64,000 bases of DNA. It comes from a virus. Below are positions 36,515-46,717 of the stretch, piece after piece; positions within the stretch are counted from its first letter, which is position 1, and the number at the start of each line of letters is the position of its first letter. Location of the stretch: IMG/VR virus record IMGVR_UViG_3300030114_000522. One strand, written 5' to 3'. A model generated the notes under the pieces. It made no database searches and was not told the DNA's origin. It saw only the letters and a list, made by a program, of their open reading frames with translations. Position numbers and translations under genes: made by a program.

Positions 36515-39223
36515 TTAGTTTTTAAGTTTTATCAAATTTTCTCCTGCTGAATTTCCAACTGTTTGTCCTATATAGTGAGGAGATGTATTATCTACAACTA
36601 ATGTACCACTAGAATCTACAATTAAATAGCTAAAAAGTGTGCTTGCATTGGTATTACTGAATACTAAATCCTTTGTTTGTATGTAGCCATAGTTATTTAT
36701 AGTACAATTATTGAGTGCAAATCCTGCAAAATAATCTTTATTAGAAGCGTTTAATTTTTCTATTCCAGTAGGTGTCATAATAAAAGTACCAATCTGATGC
36801 CAACTGTATTGCTTAGATTGGTACACATAGCAAACAGCATCACCTTTAACTATATTAGAAATTCCTATATTTTTTAGATACTTTCTTCCGTTTGACAAAG
36901 GGAATGATTGACATGTCCCATTGAAAGTTTTCATTCTAGGGCATTCAGAATTTACATTCCATATAAAAGCATTTTGGCTATAATTATTTCCTTCTATCAT
37001 TAACCCACCTTCTATATTACAGTTATCAAAAATAATAGTATCTCTAATATTATCACTACTTGTTCTAAAATTAGTCACAAGTCCAGCATAAGTTCCGCCT
37101 ATTATCGTACAATTCTTAAAATCAAATAACGAAGGTTTTCCACCACCATTATCAGCCCAATTATGCATGTTTATACTTGCAGAAGTAATAATATCCGTTA
37201 TAGGGCAAGCTATAATTTGACTATCGTATACATGAATCCTTTGTCCAGAAGTCATCCCAATACCAAGTGCTTGTCCTCCATTTGTATTGTTTATAAAGGG
37301 AGCTAAAGTATCTTTAGTTCTCCTTAATATACAATTTTTTATCCATATATCAAATTCATCTGTATTATTATTTGCATCTGCATGAATACAATATACATCA
37401 TTATTATAACTTTCGATTGTTAAGTCTTGGATTGTACAATCTACGGTTGCAAAAAATCCATCAACCCATTGTTGAATTGTATGTCCTCCATCTGTATGCA
37501 TTATAATTTTTGTTGAGTCTGGAGCTATTCCTTTTAGAGTCCACCCTTTTTTCATATGCAAACCTGTATTTAATACATCATACGTTTCTTTTAGTAATGA
37601 GATTGTTTTTTCACCTTCTGTTTCTGTGCTAAAACAAGTTTCTAAACTTGTATATTTAGCCAAAGGCGAAGTTGCTGATACTATAATTGTTTCTTTTTCT
37701 ACATCTAAAGAACTAGAACAATTAACTATGAGTTCTCCACTAATTGCAGTATCATTTTCTAGCATTATATTATCAATACCAATTCTTCTATATCCTAATA
37801 GACCAGCATCTTCATCTCCATCATACATTACAGGTATTATATTTTTGGTTTTTAATCCATGAGTTATAGTTACCTTATACGTGTTTGTTGAATTATCAAG
37901 AGCCCAATCTGAACTGTTAATTATTATTGATTTGTTTATATTATTATTTATAGTTTTATATGTTCCATCATCTGTTTTAACTTTTGTTCCGTCTCCGTTG
38001 GTAATAATTCCATTTATTTTAGACTCTTGTTCTTCTGTTAATTCTGTTCCACCTCCAGTAGAATTTATAGTAACTTTATTTCCAACTACATTTAAAGAAA
38101 CATTAGTGCCGGCTTCTATATCGGTTACTTCTAATTTATTATTTAATATTCCGTTGATAATATTACCTTGATTAGCACTTAAAGGTTTATATATTTCTGT
38201 TGAATTAAGATTATCTACTATATCAATTGTATTTATTTTAGCTGAAACACTTGATTTAGTAGCATAATTAGTTTGTAAATCACTTATAGTTTCATAATCT
38301 CCTAAATCAGAAGTTTTAACTATTCCTGTTAAATCCATATTTACTTTAGGTAATATATTTTTTACTTCGCTAGTTAAGTCTACTTTATTAACACTTAAAT
38401 CTCTTTGAGTTGCACTAGATAATCCACTATAGTATGGTAATTGCGATGAATTGTTAGTAGTATTATTACAAATATATGTTGTTCCGTCCCCCCCATGTTG
38501 TTCATCAGTTGCTACATATACAATATAACTTTTTCCACTAGATAATGTGGTAAAATTAAAAGCTAATAAATTTGAATATGTAGTAAAAACTCCATTATAT
38601 AGTTCAATTCCACCGTTAATAAAATTAGAAAATTTGGTCATAATATTTTCATCTAACCCACTAATAAAATTGAGTTCCGACAATGTAACTATTTGACCTT
38701 CTAATGATTTAGCAACTATTTTATTATTAGATATTTGTATTGTTGAATTATCTATTAAATTACCTAGATAATCAGATGTTGCAGATGCAGATGTTAATTT
38801 TACTCTTTCGTCACTACTTGATGAATCTTTATTAATCCATTTTGAAGTAGAATTATCATATTTCAATTCTTGGGCATCTGTTGGATTTGTGATATTTATA
38901 TCTGTTATATCGGAAATTACATGAGTATGTATTTTAGTAGAAAATGCGTCATCTATTTCAGTTTTATTATAATAATTACTTAAATCAACTGTTCCACTAA
39001 TTGGTTGACCATTAAACAACAATTTATTATTAGTATCTAATGTAAATTTCTCTAAAATTGTAGCTAAATTACTATGTATATGATTTGCTGGAATTGTTAC
39101 ATTTATAATTCCACTATTTACAGTGGTAAATTTCAATCCCGTGCCAGTAGCTTCTATATTTGATATACCACTAGCAGTAGCTTTTATTTTGTTATTTAAA
39201 AGTGAATAGATAGTTGAATCCAT
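36515..39223 (-). CDS. large tail fibre/tailspike with beta-helix-like C-terminal region
   Basis: 902 aa, HTHVISDIT and PLSANQG fibre motifs, parallel beta-helix-like repeats. Confidence 0.65.
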   Translation of the reverse strand: MDSTIYSLLNNKIKATASGISNIEATGTGLKFTTVNSGIINVTIPANHIHSNLATILEKFTLDTNNKLLFNGQPISGTVDLSNYYNKTEIDDAFSTKIHTHVISDITDINITNPTDAQELKYDNSTSKWINKDSSSSDERVKLTSASATSDYLGNLIDNSTIQISNNKIVAKSLEGQIVTLSELNFISGLDENIMTKFSNFINGGIELYNGVFTTYSNLLAFNFTTLSSGKSYIVYVATDEQHGGDGTTYICNNTTNNSSQLPYYSGLSSATQRDLSVNKVDLTSEVKNILPKVNMDLTGIVKTSDLGDYETISDLQTNYATKSSVSAKINTIDIVDNLNSTEIYKPLSANQGNIINGILNNKLEVTDIEAGTNVSLNVVGNKVTINSTGGGTELTEEQESKINGIITNGDGTKVKTDDGTYKTINNNINKSIIINSSDWALDNSTNTYKVTITHGLKTKNIIPVMYDGDEDAGLLGYRRIGIDNIMLENDTAISGELIVNCSSSLDVEKETIIVSATSPLAKYTSLETCFSTETEGEKTISLLKETYDVLNTGLHMKKGWTLKGIAPDSTKIIMHTDGGHTIQQWVDGFFATVDCTIQDLTIESYNNDVYCIHADANNNTDEFDIWIKNCILRRTKDTLAPFINNTNGGQALGIGMTSGQRIHVYDSQIIACPITDIITSASINMHNWADNGGGKPSLFDFKNCTIIGGTYAGLVTNFRTSSDNIRDTIIFDNCNIEGGLMIEGNNYSQNAFIWNVNSECPRMKTFNGTCQSFPLSNGRKYLKNIGISNIVKGDAVCYVYQSKQYSWHQIGTFIMTPTGIEKLNASNKDYFAGFALNNCTINNYGYIQTKDLVFSNTNASTLFSYLIVDSSGTLVVDNTSPHYIGQTVGNSAGENLIKLKN

Positions 39224-39249
39224 AATATCACCCCTTTCTATATTCTAAT

Positions 39250-39465
39250 TTAACTTATTTTTAACCATGTGCCTTTTTCACTTATACCCGAAGAAGATTT
39301 TGTAAACCAGTATACTTCTAATTCTCCTGTAGATTGATTTATTCCTGATGATGTCGAACCAGTCTCTATTCCATTATCTAAAACATCTAATATATCAACT
39401 GGTGCATTATCTAATGTTACTTCTATTCTTCCATAGGCGTCTCTATTAACTATTTGCCATGCCAT
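39250..39465 (-). CDS. small virion-associated hypothetical protein
   Basis: 71 aa, SD AAGGAA. Confidence 0.6.
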   Translation of the reverse strand: MAWQIVNRDAYGRIEVTLDNAPVDILDVLDNGIETGSTSSGINQSTGELEVYWFTKSSSGISEKGTWLKIS

Positions 39466-39725
39466 AATTAATCACGTTCCTTCCTTATTTTAATTTATTA
39501 TTAAATCTAATTTATACTTTTTATAAATTCTAAAACTTTACCAAATATTGTATGTTTCTAGCTAACAAACACAAAATATAATAATGCTATAACCCAGTTA
39601 TAGCATTATTCTTAAATTTTAAAATTGTGATAAAAAGTGTATTTTATTTACTGTTTTTATTTTAATATATTATAAAAGACCTAGAATTTTTCATCTAAGC
39701 CTTTTAATTCAAATCAATATATAAT

Positions 39726-40475
39726 TTAAATAGATGTGCTTGTTGTATCCACTACAGGTTGTGAACCTTGATTCAAAGTAGCATTTATACTATCTAATTT
39801 AGCTTGAACAGTTTGTTTATCATTAGCTAACTGTGAAACTTGATTATTTAAATCATTTACTTGACTGGATAATTGTGCATTAGCTTGTTCAATATTAGAT
39901 TTATCTGAAGTTACTTGTGCTATTTGTTGAGTTAAAGTATCTTTATCAGATTGCAATTGTGCCAATTGATTTTGTAATTCTGTATTATCAACTACTGTTT
40001 GTGGTATTTCTGGTAATATTGTCTTAGAAACAGAACTAGAATCATCAACCTTTAAATCTCCTAATATTTTTTCTAATCTTGAAGCAATATACCCTTGAAC
40101 ATCTGTTACTTCTTGACTTAATATAGTAGTAGTTTTTTCATTTAATTGATTAGTAACAGAAGCAACTACATCTAATCCTATTGTTTCTAAACTATCTTTA
40201 TTTAATGTCCCATTAGCTATATTTAAAAGAAATTCTTTTTTAGTAGTATTTTCAGCATTAGATATTTCTGTATCTAATAAATCATCTACTCTGTCAAAAC
40301 AATCTTGAACTAATTTTCTTGTCTTTTCATCTTTAATAGTTGCAATTTTAATATTGATATAATCTACTACTTTAGCTTTATATAGTCCAAGGAAGGCTAT
40401 TCCTATTGGTATTGCTATTTGTAATATACTTACTATTGCTCCTAAAGTTTGTTGTGTTAATAATTGATTATCCAT
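39726..40475 (-). CDS. putative holin with C-terminal Gln-rich coiled coil
   Basis: Single N-terminal TM, directly downstream of the endolysin. Confidence 0.55.
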   Translation of the reverse strand: MDNQLLTQQTLGAIVSILQIAIPIGIAFLGLYKAKVVDYINIKIATIKDEKTRKLVQDCFDRVDDLLDTEISNAENTTKKEFLLNIANGTLNKDSLETIGLDVVASVTNQLNEKTTTILSQEVTDVQGYIASRLEKILGDLKVDDSSSVSKTILPEIPQTVVDNTELQNQLAQLQSDKDTLTQQIAQVTSDKSNIEQANAQLSSQVNDLNNQVSQLANDKQTVQAKLDSINATLNQGSQPVVDTTSTSI

Positions 40476-40545
40476 AATTTATCATACTCCTTTTGCCTTT
40501 TATGTAGCATAACATATTATATATTTATATTATTTTAATTTATTA

Positions 40546-41577
40546 TTATAATTTTATAGCACTTCCATCACTAGCGAAATGATATCCATATAAATCAATA
40601 TCATGAATCATTTCACCGCTTGAATATAAACAATAATCCTTACCACCATCTTTAATCCATCCATTTGCCATACTACCATCAGTATTAAAATAATACCATT
40701 TATCTGATATTTTCTTCCAACCTATGGTCATAGCCCCTGTTTCTAAATCAAGATAATACCATTTTTTATCAGTTAACACCCAACCTGTTTTCATAGAACC
40801 ATCATTAGAATTCCCTAGCAAATACCATGAATTACCATCTTTTTTCCAATCATATTCCATCCAACCTTCATAATTAAAATGATACCATTTAGAATCTATT
40901 TTTTCCCAGTTATTAGAAGTATAACTTCCATCTTCATGTTTATACCACCATTTACTATTTTGGTTTATCCATTTACCTGCAATAGTAATATCATTTAGTA
41001 AGACTCCTTCAGTAAATGAATTAACGTCACAGTTACAATTTATTCCATCTATTTTACCCGTTTCAGTGTATTGATGCCCTATTCTATTGGTAAAGAAATT
41101 ATTATTTAAAGACCAAGGTTTATTATTATAATTAGCCTCCCAAAATGGCATATCTTTAATTTTATCACTTATATCTTCTATATAATTAATAAAGCTTGTA
41201 TAAGAATAAATACCTAATTGTAATGGACTTAATTGTTTGAAAGTATTTATAAATCTAATTACATAATTAGATAAACCATTAAAATTAGTTTCAATATCCA
41301 TCATTGGTATACAATCCCACTCATAATCTTTTATTGTTGTATAGAAATTTTGTGCTTGTGCTTCGGGGGATGAAGTACCCACTAAAAAATGGTATGCTCC
41401 TACTTTAAAATTATTAGCTTTACAATCATTGTAGAATTTATCCATATACGAATCTTTGAATGATTGTCCTTCTGTTGCTTTTACATATACATATTGAACA
41501 CCATTAGTTGCTACTTTACCCATATCTATTGAACCATCGTTATTTGAAATATCTATTCCAACTTTATAATTACTCAT
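40546..41577 (-). CDS. endolysin: GH25 muramidase plus choline/cell-wall-binding repeats
   Basis: GIDISNN, YVKATEG, GAYHF, MDIE, HQYT; repeated GW..I..KWYYF. Confidence 0.92.
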   Translation of the reverse strand: MSNYKVGIDISNNDGSIDMGKVATNGVQYVYVKATEGQSFKDSYMDKFYNDCKANNFKVGAYHFLVGTSSPEAQAQNFYTTIKDYEWDCIPMMDIETNFNGLSNYVIRFINTFKQLSPLQLGIYSYTSFINYIEDISDKIKDMPFWEANYNNKPWSLNNNFFTNRIGHQYTETGKIDGINCNCDVNSFTEGVLLNDITIAGKWINQNSKWWYKHEDGSYTSNNWEKIDSKWYHFNYEGWMEYDWKKDGNSWYLLGNSNDGSMKTGWVLTDKKWYYLDLETGAMTIGWKKISDKWYYFNTDGSMANGWIKDGGKDYCLYSSGEMIHDIDLYGYHFASDGSAIKL

Positions 41578-41611
41578 TTATGCATCATCTCCATTATTAT
41601 TCTAATTTATT

Positions 41612-41788
41612 CTAATTTATTTTAATTAAATCTAATCGTCCTAGTATAACTTCAATATCATCAACAATAACAATTATAGTATTATCAACAATTATAAATT
41701 TACTAGAACATTTTTTACATACGTATATTCCATTATTTTCAATTAATTCTGTTTCATCTTCTGTGCAATAATTTTTAGTTACTGGCAC
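41612..41788 (-). CDS. small hypothetical protein (58 aa)
   Basis: SD AGGAG, GTG start, YVCKKC. Confidence 0.45.
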   Translation of the reverse strand: MPVTKNYCTEDETELIENNGIYVCKKCSSKFIIVDNTIIVIVDDIEVILGRLDLIKIN

Positions 41789-41866
41789 AGCAATATCATC
41801 TCCTAAAGGTTTATTTTTTTAATATTTATTTTCGAGTAGATAAATTCATTGTTCCATTTTAATGTG

Positions 41867-43009
41867 TTATTTAACTAATACTTGAATTATATTATCACTA
41901 ATTCTTTTCATTACTCTATATTTTATATCAAAAGTTTTATCACAGACAGTAGCTATTCCTTCGTTATTAGATTTACAATAACCATTAATAATACAAGTTC
42001 CATCATCCCTTACTAGTAATTTACCCATTATACCTATAGGACTCCACTCAGGTCTATTTTCTCTACTAATATATTCCTTTGATGAATCCCAATTAGGATT
42101 ATATTTAGGTATTGTGTCAGTATGTTCTTCTGAAATTAAAACTTCTTTATTATCAATAGTTTCATATTTGGCTGGAACTAATACATCTTCATATTGTACT
42201 CTTCCAAATTCATCAATTACATATTTATCTTGCCATGATTCATAATTATCTCCAACAACTGAAGGAGTAGCTGATACAATTCCTAATATATAATCATCTG
42301 TAGAATTAGCTTTCCGTATCTTATCACCATCAAGTGTTACAAAAAATCCTACTCTATCCTCATTGTCTTTGTTAGAATCTAACCATTCAAAATATTCAGC
42401 ATAATCTGCACCAGTTGAAGCGTAAGCACCATCTGCATAAGTTTTACCATCAAATGTTACTTTAAAGGCATTGCCTAAAGCACTTGAACTTGTACCATTT
42501 CCAATTATAAAAGCATTTGCCGATGCAATATAGCTAGAATAATCCATTTCTAGTGTGTTATACTGACCCATTACAAATTGCTCAAATCCAGCAAGAGTAT
42601 TATACCCTTCTGCATGTGAACATTGATTAATAGCTTGCGTATTCCATCCTCCAGAGTGAGAATATAAACCACTCGCAGTTGTACCATATCCCTCATTCAC
42701 AGAGCCGATAAAAGTAGGATTCGTAAACATGGTTGTTTTTGATTCATTTGTTACATTTCCAAGTCCAACATCGCTTTTAGTTGTCCCATGCGGATTAGTT
42801 CCACTCGGGTGTGTATATACTACTGAATCTACTCCATTTATTTTTATATTTCCATTTATAGTACTTGTCGTAATAGTACTTCCTGAACTTGTTGGTAAAG
42901 CATTAATTGTATCTTGTATAATAGTTGCATTATTATCTATTTTTTGTATATCTAACCCTGTAAGCTTCTGCCCGTCTATTTTACTTACTTTTTCTAAAGT
43001 TATTGCCAT
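41867..43009 (-). CDS. tail protein with peptidase G2 / intramolecular chaperone domain
   Basis: SHAEG repeats, GADYAEYFEW, RPEWSPIGIMGKL. Confidence 0.8.
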   Translation of the reverse strand: MAITLEKVSKIDGQKLTGLDIQKIDNNATIIQDTINALPTSSGSTITTSTINGNIKINGVDSVVYTHPSGTNPHGTTKSDVGLGNVTNESKTTMFTNPTFIGSVNEGYGTTASGLYSHSGGWNTQAINQCSHAEGYNTLAGFEQFVMGQYNTLEMDYSSYIASANAFIIGNGTSSSALGNAFKVTFDGKTYADGAYASTGADYAEYFEWLDSNKDNEDRVGFFVTLDGDKIRKANSTDDYILGIVSATPSVVGDNYESWQDKYVIDEFGRVQYEDVLVPAKYETIDNKEVLISEEHTDTIPKYNPNWDSSKEYISRENRPEWSPIGIMGKLLVRDDGTCIINGYCKSNNEGIATVCDKTFDIKYRVMKRISDNIIQVLVK

Positions 43010-43107
43010 TAAAATACCTCCTTTAATTTATTTTGCACAACAAAAAAAGAACAATATTTCTATTGCTCTTAATTATTTCATATTTATATTTTTCTATTAA
43101 TTTTATA

Positions 43108-43836
43108 TTACATTGTACATTTTAAATGACTATTTAAGTATCCATTTTCTCCATAATTAGTGTTTCCACCCATTTTAACACATTCTTTTCTAAAAGTATC
43201 GGTTTCATCTGTAAAATCTTTATTATTTTTTGATAAAACATAATGTACCAACTCGTGAATTAATGTTTTTTCAGCACATATATCTATGCCTTTCAAACCT
43301 TTATTTATTTGTATAAGTTTAGGTGTTTTATTTTCATATAGATAGTGCCCATTATATTTGTTTCCTAAATCATCATAAATAATTGGAATATCTAAAGTCA
43401 TATTATAATTATCTTTAAGCCATTTAGTTGCGTATTCTTGTAATTTTTCATTTGAAGATAAATTATCACAATATATTTTATCACTATGAAGTGATATTCC
43501 TTCAGTAATAGAATTATTTTTTAGTATAGGTGACATTTCAATGTTATTTTTTTTATTTATGTTTTCACATAAATCTTTGATATTATTAAATTCTATTGCT
43601 GAATCTTTTTCTGTTAATATAAATTTATTATTTAAAAAATCACAAGAGGACCAACTTCCGTTAGAATATTTAATAATAAAAACATTATTACTATCAACAT
43701 ATTGATTATTTATAATATATAAATTATCTTCACAAGCAAAACTTGGCATTATATTACCTACATTAAACATCATTACAATTCCACTAATCATAACAACTTT
43801 TATTAAATTATTAATCAACTTATTCATATCTATCAC
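43108..43836 (-). CDS. exported SprT-like zinc metalloprotease (moron)
   Basis: Signal-like N-terminus; TLIHELVH HExxH motif; own promoter. Confidence 0.6.
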   Translation of the reverse strand: MIDMNKLINNLIKVVMISGIVMMFNVGNIMPSFACEDNLYIINNQYVDSNNVFIIKYSNGSWSSCDFLNNKFILTEKDSAIEFNNIKDLCENINKKNNIEMSPILKNNSITEGISLHSDKIYCDNLSSNEKLQEYATKWLKDNYNMTLDIPIIYDDLGNKYNGHYLYENKTPKLIQINKGLKGIDICAEKTLIHELVHYVLSKNNKDFTDETDTFRKECVKMGGNTNYGENGYLNSHLKCTM

Positions 43837-43883
43837 CTCATAAATTTATTATACCATATATTTCCCTTACTTAGTATAATTTA

Positions 43884-43930
43884 ATTATATAGCATAGAAC
43901 AATGTTTGTCAATTATTGTTTTAATATATT
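43884..43930 (-). promoter_or_regulatory. sigma-A promoter with upstream motif
   Basis: TTGACA 43912-43907, 17 bp, TATAAT 43889-43884; TATTAAA starting 43926. Confidence 0.75.
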
Positions 43931-44002
43931 TTTAGGTTTATTTTCATTTAGTATTTTACGCAATTAAAAAGAACCTAGTTAAGCAAACTTTATTAGGTCT
44001 TT

Positions 44003-44480
44003 TTAATGATTATTAAAATTTGCAACTAATTTTATAGTTTTAATTTCCATGATAAATTCATTTGGATACAATACTTTTATTTCTTTTCCATTATTGTTTT
44101 TTAATAAATCTTTTCTATCTCTCAACTCTTGAACATGTTTATCTTTACTAATAATATAATCTGCATTTCCATCTATAGCACATGAAAAGAACATATTATC
44201 ATCCTTATCACTACATTTCTTAAATTTAGTGGTTGGTTTTATATATTCAGTTCTTAATATAGTCCTTGATAATACTTTTTGAGTATTAAGTATTTCTATA
44301 TTATCAAATTCATGTTCTTTAAACATTTTTACCATCATTCTTTGCAGTTCTTCATGCATTTCATTACTCATTATTAATTGGAACTCCACCTTTATGCTCT
44401 TCTCTTAATATTAAAACGCAATCCTCATTCCCTTCAAAGAAAGCTTCTATAAATACATTTGTATCAAGAATCACATTCAT
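44003..44480 (-). pseudogene. PIN-domain toxin gene, frameshifted near 44389
   Basis: MNVILDTNVF from ATG 44480 stops at codon 39; DKDDNMFFSCA..ADYIISKDKH lies in the shifted frame. Confidence 0.75.
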
Positions 44481-44650
44481 TTTTCAGCCCTTACCTCTCT
44501 TAGTAATCTTTGTGAGGTTTCGTGTACTTGTTCCTTAGTTAGACCTTTTCTTTTAATAGCTTTTTGACATATATTTCTAATAATATCCCATTCGCATTCA
44601 TCATTTTGTGATTTAGTAATATATTTATCCATCATAAGAACATTTTCCAT
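44477..44650 (-). CDS. putative antitoxin (57 aa)
   Basis: SD GGAGGGG before ATG 44650; ATGA overlap with the PIN gene. Confidence 0.6.
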   Translation of the reverse strand: MENVLMMDKYITKSQNDECEWDIIRNICQKAIKRKGLTKEQVHETSQRLLREVRAEK

Positions 44651-45139
44651 ATTATCCCCTCCACTTAATTTCAATAATTTCATATTATACTTATATCTCT
44701 TTATATTCATAATATTATACCACCTTTTACCATATTGCAACACTTTGTCGAACGATTTACAATAATTTTGAACTACTTTTTGAAGTTACTCTAATTATAG
44801 TTTACCATTAATTTACATATATTATATATAGAATCGTGGGCAATATTCTGACAAAAAGTACATACAATTCTCCTATAAAAGTGAATCATCACAAGTAATA
44901 GCAGAAAAGGGAATAAGCTTTAGACAATTAATTCCATTCATTATAATTGCTACGAAGATTAGGACTGATAAAGACATAATAATAGCCCTATTAGATTTAC
45001 TGAAATAAAGAGCATAAATCTATAAGGCTAATCATCAAGCTGGGGATGAGAATATCGTCCAGCTTATTCTTTTATTATTACCATTATATCATAAATATAT
45101 ACTTAGTAACTATAATATTGTGTTAAAAGATATATTTTA

Positions 45140-46657
45140 TCATGAAATTATTATCAATGTACCAGTCATTGCAATACTTGTATAGAATTTACCATTTGCT
45201 GTAGGATAACAACTTCCAATATTCCCAATTATTCCTGAACTACCGCTATAGTGCATAAGTTTTCCACCACCTGCAAGATTTCCTCTTACATCTCCTGTAG
45301 TCGGGTCTGTTGTCCCCATTACTATCCAATAACTAGGTGTAAAATCAATATTAGTTAACGTTGTACCCGAAAGATTATATGTAGCAACCCTTCTTCCACC
45401 CATAGATTGTATTGTAATATTATTAACTAATCCAGCTAAATTTCTTAGTGTATCATTGCCACTAGCAGAAACTCCTTTACTAGTTAAATTAGTTGATAAA
45501 GTATTTTTATCTAATTGTACTTCATTAGATATTTCAGCAAATGTGTTGCTACTTGTTAAATTACCAATAGCACTAGCAACACTAGTCTTTCCGTTATTGG
45601 CATATATAAAAGCCGAATCTGCTCTTGCTTGTGCAGTATTTATTTTAGTCATAGCTTCTGCTAAACATGTTTCACTGTTATTTCCTACGTATAAATTTGC
45701 ACTATCAACTACGGATACTTTACCAGCAGTTAAATCAATGTTGTTAATAGCTACTTTTAATTCAGCTAAAGCACCTTCAACGTTTTTAATAGTAAAATAA
45801 TTACCACTATCTACCAATGTTATATCACTAGCCTTCATATTTTGAGCAATCCATTCATTATTGTCTGAGTATCTTTTAAATACATTTTGATTAGGGTTGG
45901 TATCCCACCAAATTATAAAATGGTCTAATGGTTCATCTGTCCCTACCCATATTTTATCTGCACATGCCCATTTAGTTATATCTGTTACTACTATTCCAAT
46001 AGTTCCATCAGCTAAGCAATAATATAATCTATGATTATAAACACAAGCGTCACCTGTATTATATGTAGTTAATGGGTCATAATTAGCAGTTCTATCTGTA
46101 CCTTTTTTAATAGATATGTTTAGTGATGGGTCTCCTTTATCACCTTTAATTGTAAAACGAATCCAATATCCATCATCGACTTCTTCTTTATCAGGAATAT
46201 GTCCTATATTATCTCCTTCAAGTCTACTTATAAATCCATATCCTTCATACATTACCATGTTTCCTTGTTTGTAAGTAGTTAAAGGTAAATACACTCCCAT
46301 ATATTTATGATTATTTATTATATCAATTAATTCTTGCTTTTGTTGACTAATGAATACTACTACTCCTTCTTTTAAATAAACTTGCATACCATACATACGT
46401 GCGTTTATTCCATTTATAATATTTGCAGTAGGCATATATTGAATTAATTCAGCTTGTAATGTTGTTATTTCTAGTCTTTCTGTATCGGTTGTATAAATTT
46501 TTTTACTTAAAGTCTCAAGCCTATCCATTTTAACCATGTCTTCAGCAGGAATATCTTGGACTAAAATTATATCATCATCTAATGCGAGATTATTTTCTTG
46601 ATAAAATTTTGTATAATTTTTAAAATTTGTATTATCTATATATGCTGTTGTAGCCAT
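45140..46657 (-). CDS. tail fibre/baseplate protein
   Basis: 505 aa; Y..GD.V.Y carbohydrate-binding-like repeats, KGDKGD, NVEGALAEL. Confidence 0.7.
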   Translation of the reverse strand: MATTAYIDNTNFKNYTKFYQENNLALDDDIILVQDIPAEDMVKMDRLETLSKKIYTTDTERLEITTLQAELIQYMPTANIINGINARMYGMQVYLKEGVVVFISQQKQELIDIINNHKYMGVYLPLTTYKQGNMVMYEGYGFISRLEGDNIGHIPDKEEVDDGYWIRFTIKGDKGDPSLNISIKKGTDRTANYDPLTTYNTGDACVYNHRLYYCLADGTIGIVVTDITKWACADKIWVGTDEPLDHFIIWWDTNPNQNVFKRYSDNNEWIAQNMKASDITLVDSGNYFTIKNVEGALAELKVAINNIDLTAGKVSVVDSANLYVGNNSETCLAEAMTKINTAQARADSAFIYANNGKTSVASAIGNLTSSNTFAEISNEVQLDKNTLSTNLTSKGVSASGNDTLRNLAGLVNNITIQSMGGRRVATYNLSGTTLTNIDFTPSYWIVMGTTDPTTGDVRGNLAGGGKLMHYSGSSGIIGNIGSCYPTANGKFYTSIAMTGTLIIIS

Positions 46658-46717
46658 TTTAAATTTATCTCTCCTTCTTGGTGTTATTTTTACATAACAA
46701 AAAAGTTAGGAGCGATA

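Noticed and set aside
32545-44856. AATATTCTGACA at about 32545 and 44842 as CodY boxes
   Set aside because: Four or more mismatches to the consensus in AT-rich DNA; not distinguishable from chance.
44860-45075. Hairpins and a 34-codon hydrophobic minus-strand ORF upstream of the TA pair
   Set aside because: No SD and no clear promoter-terminator pairing; too weak to call a type I toxin or sRNA.
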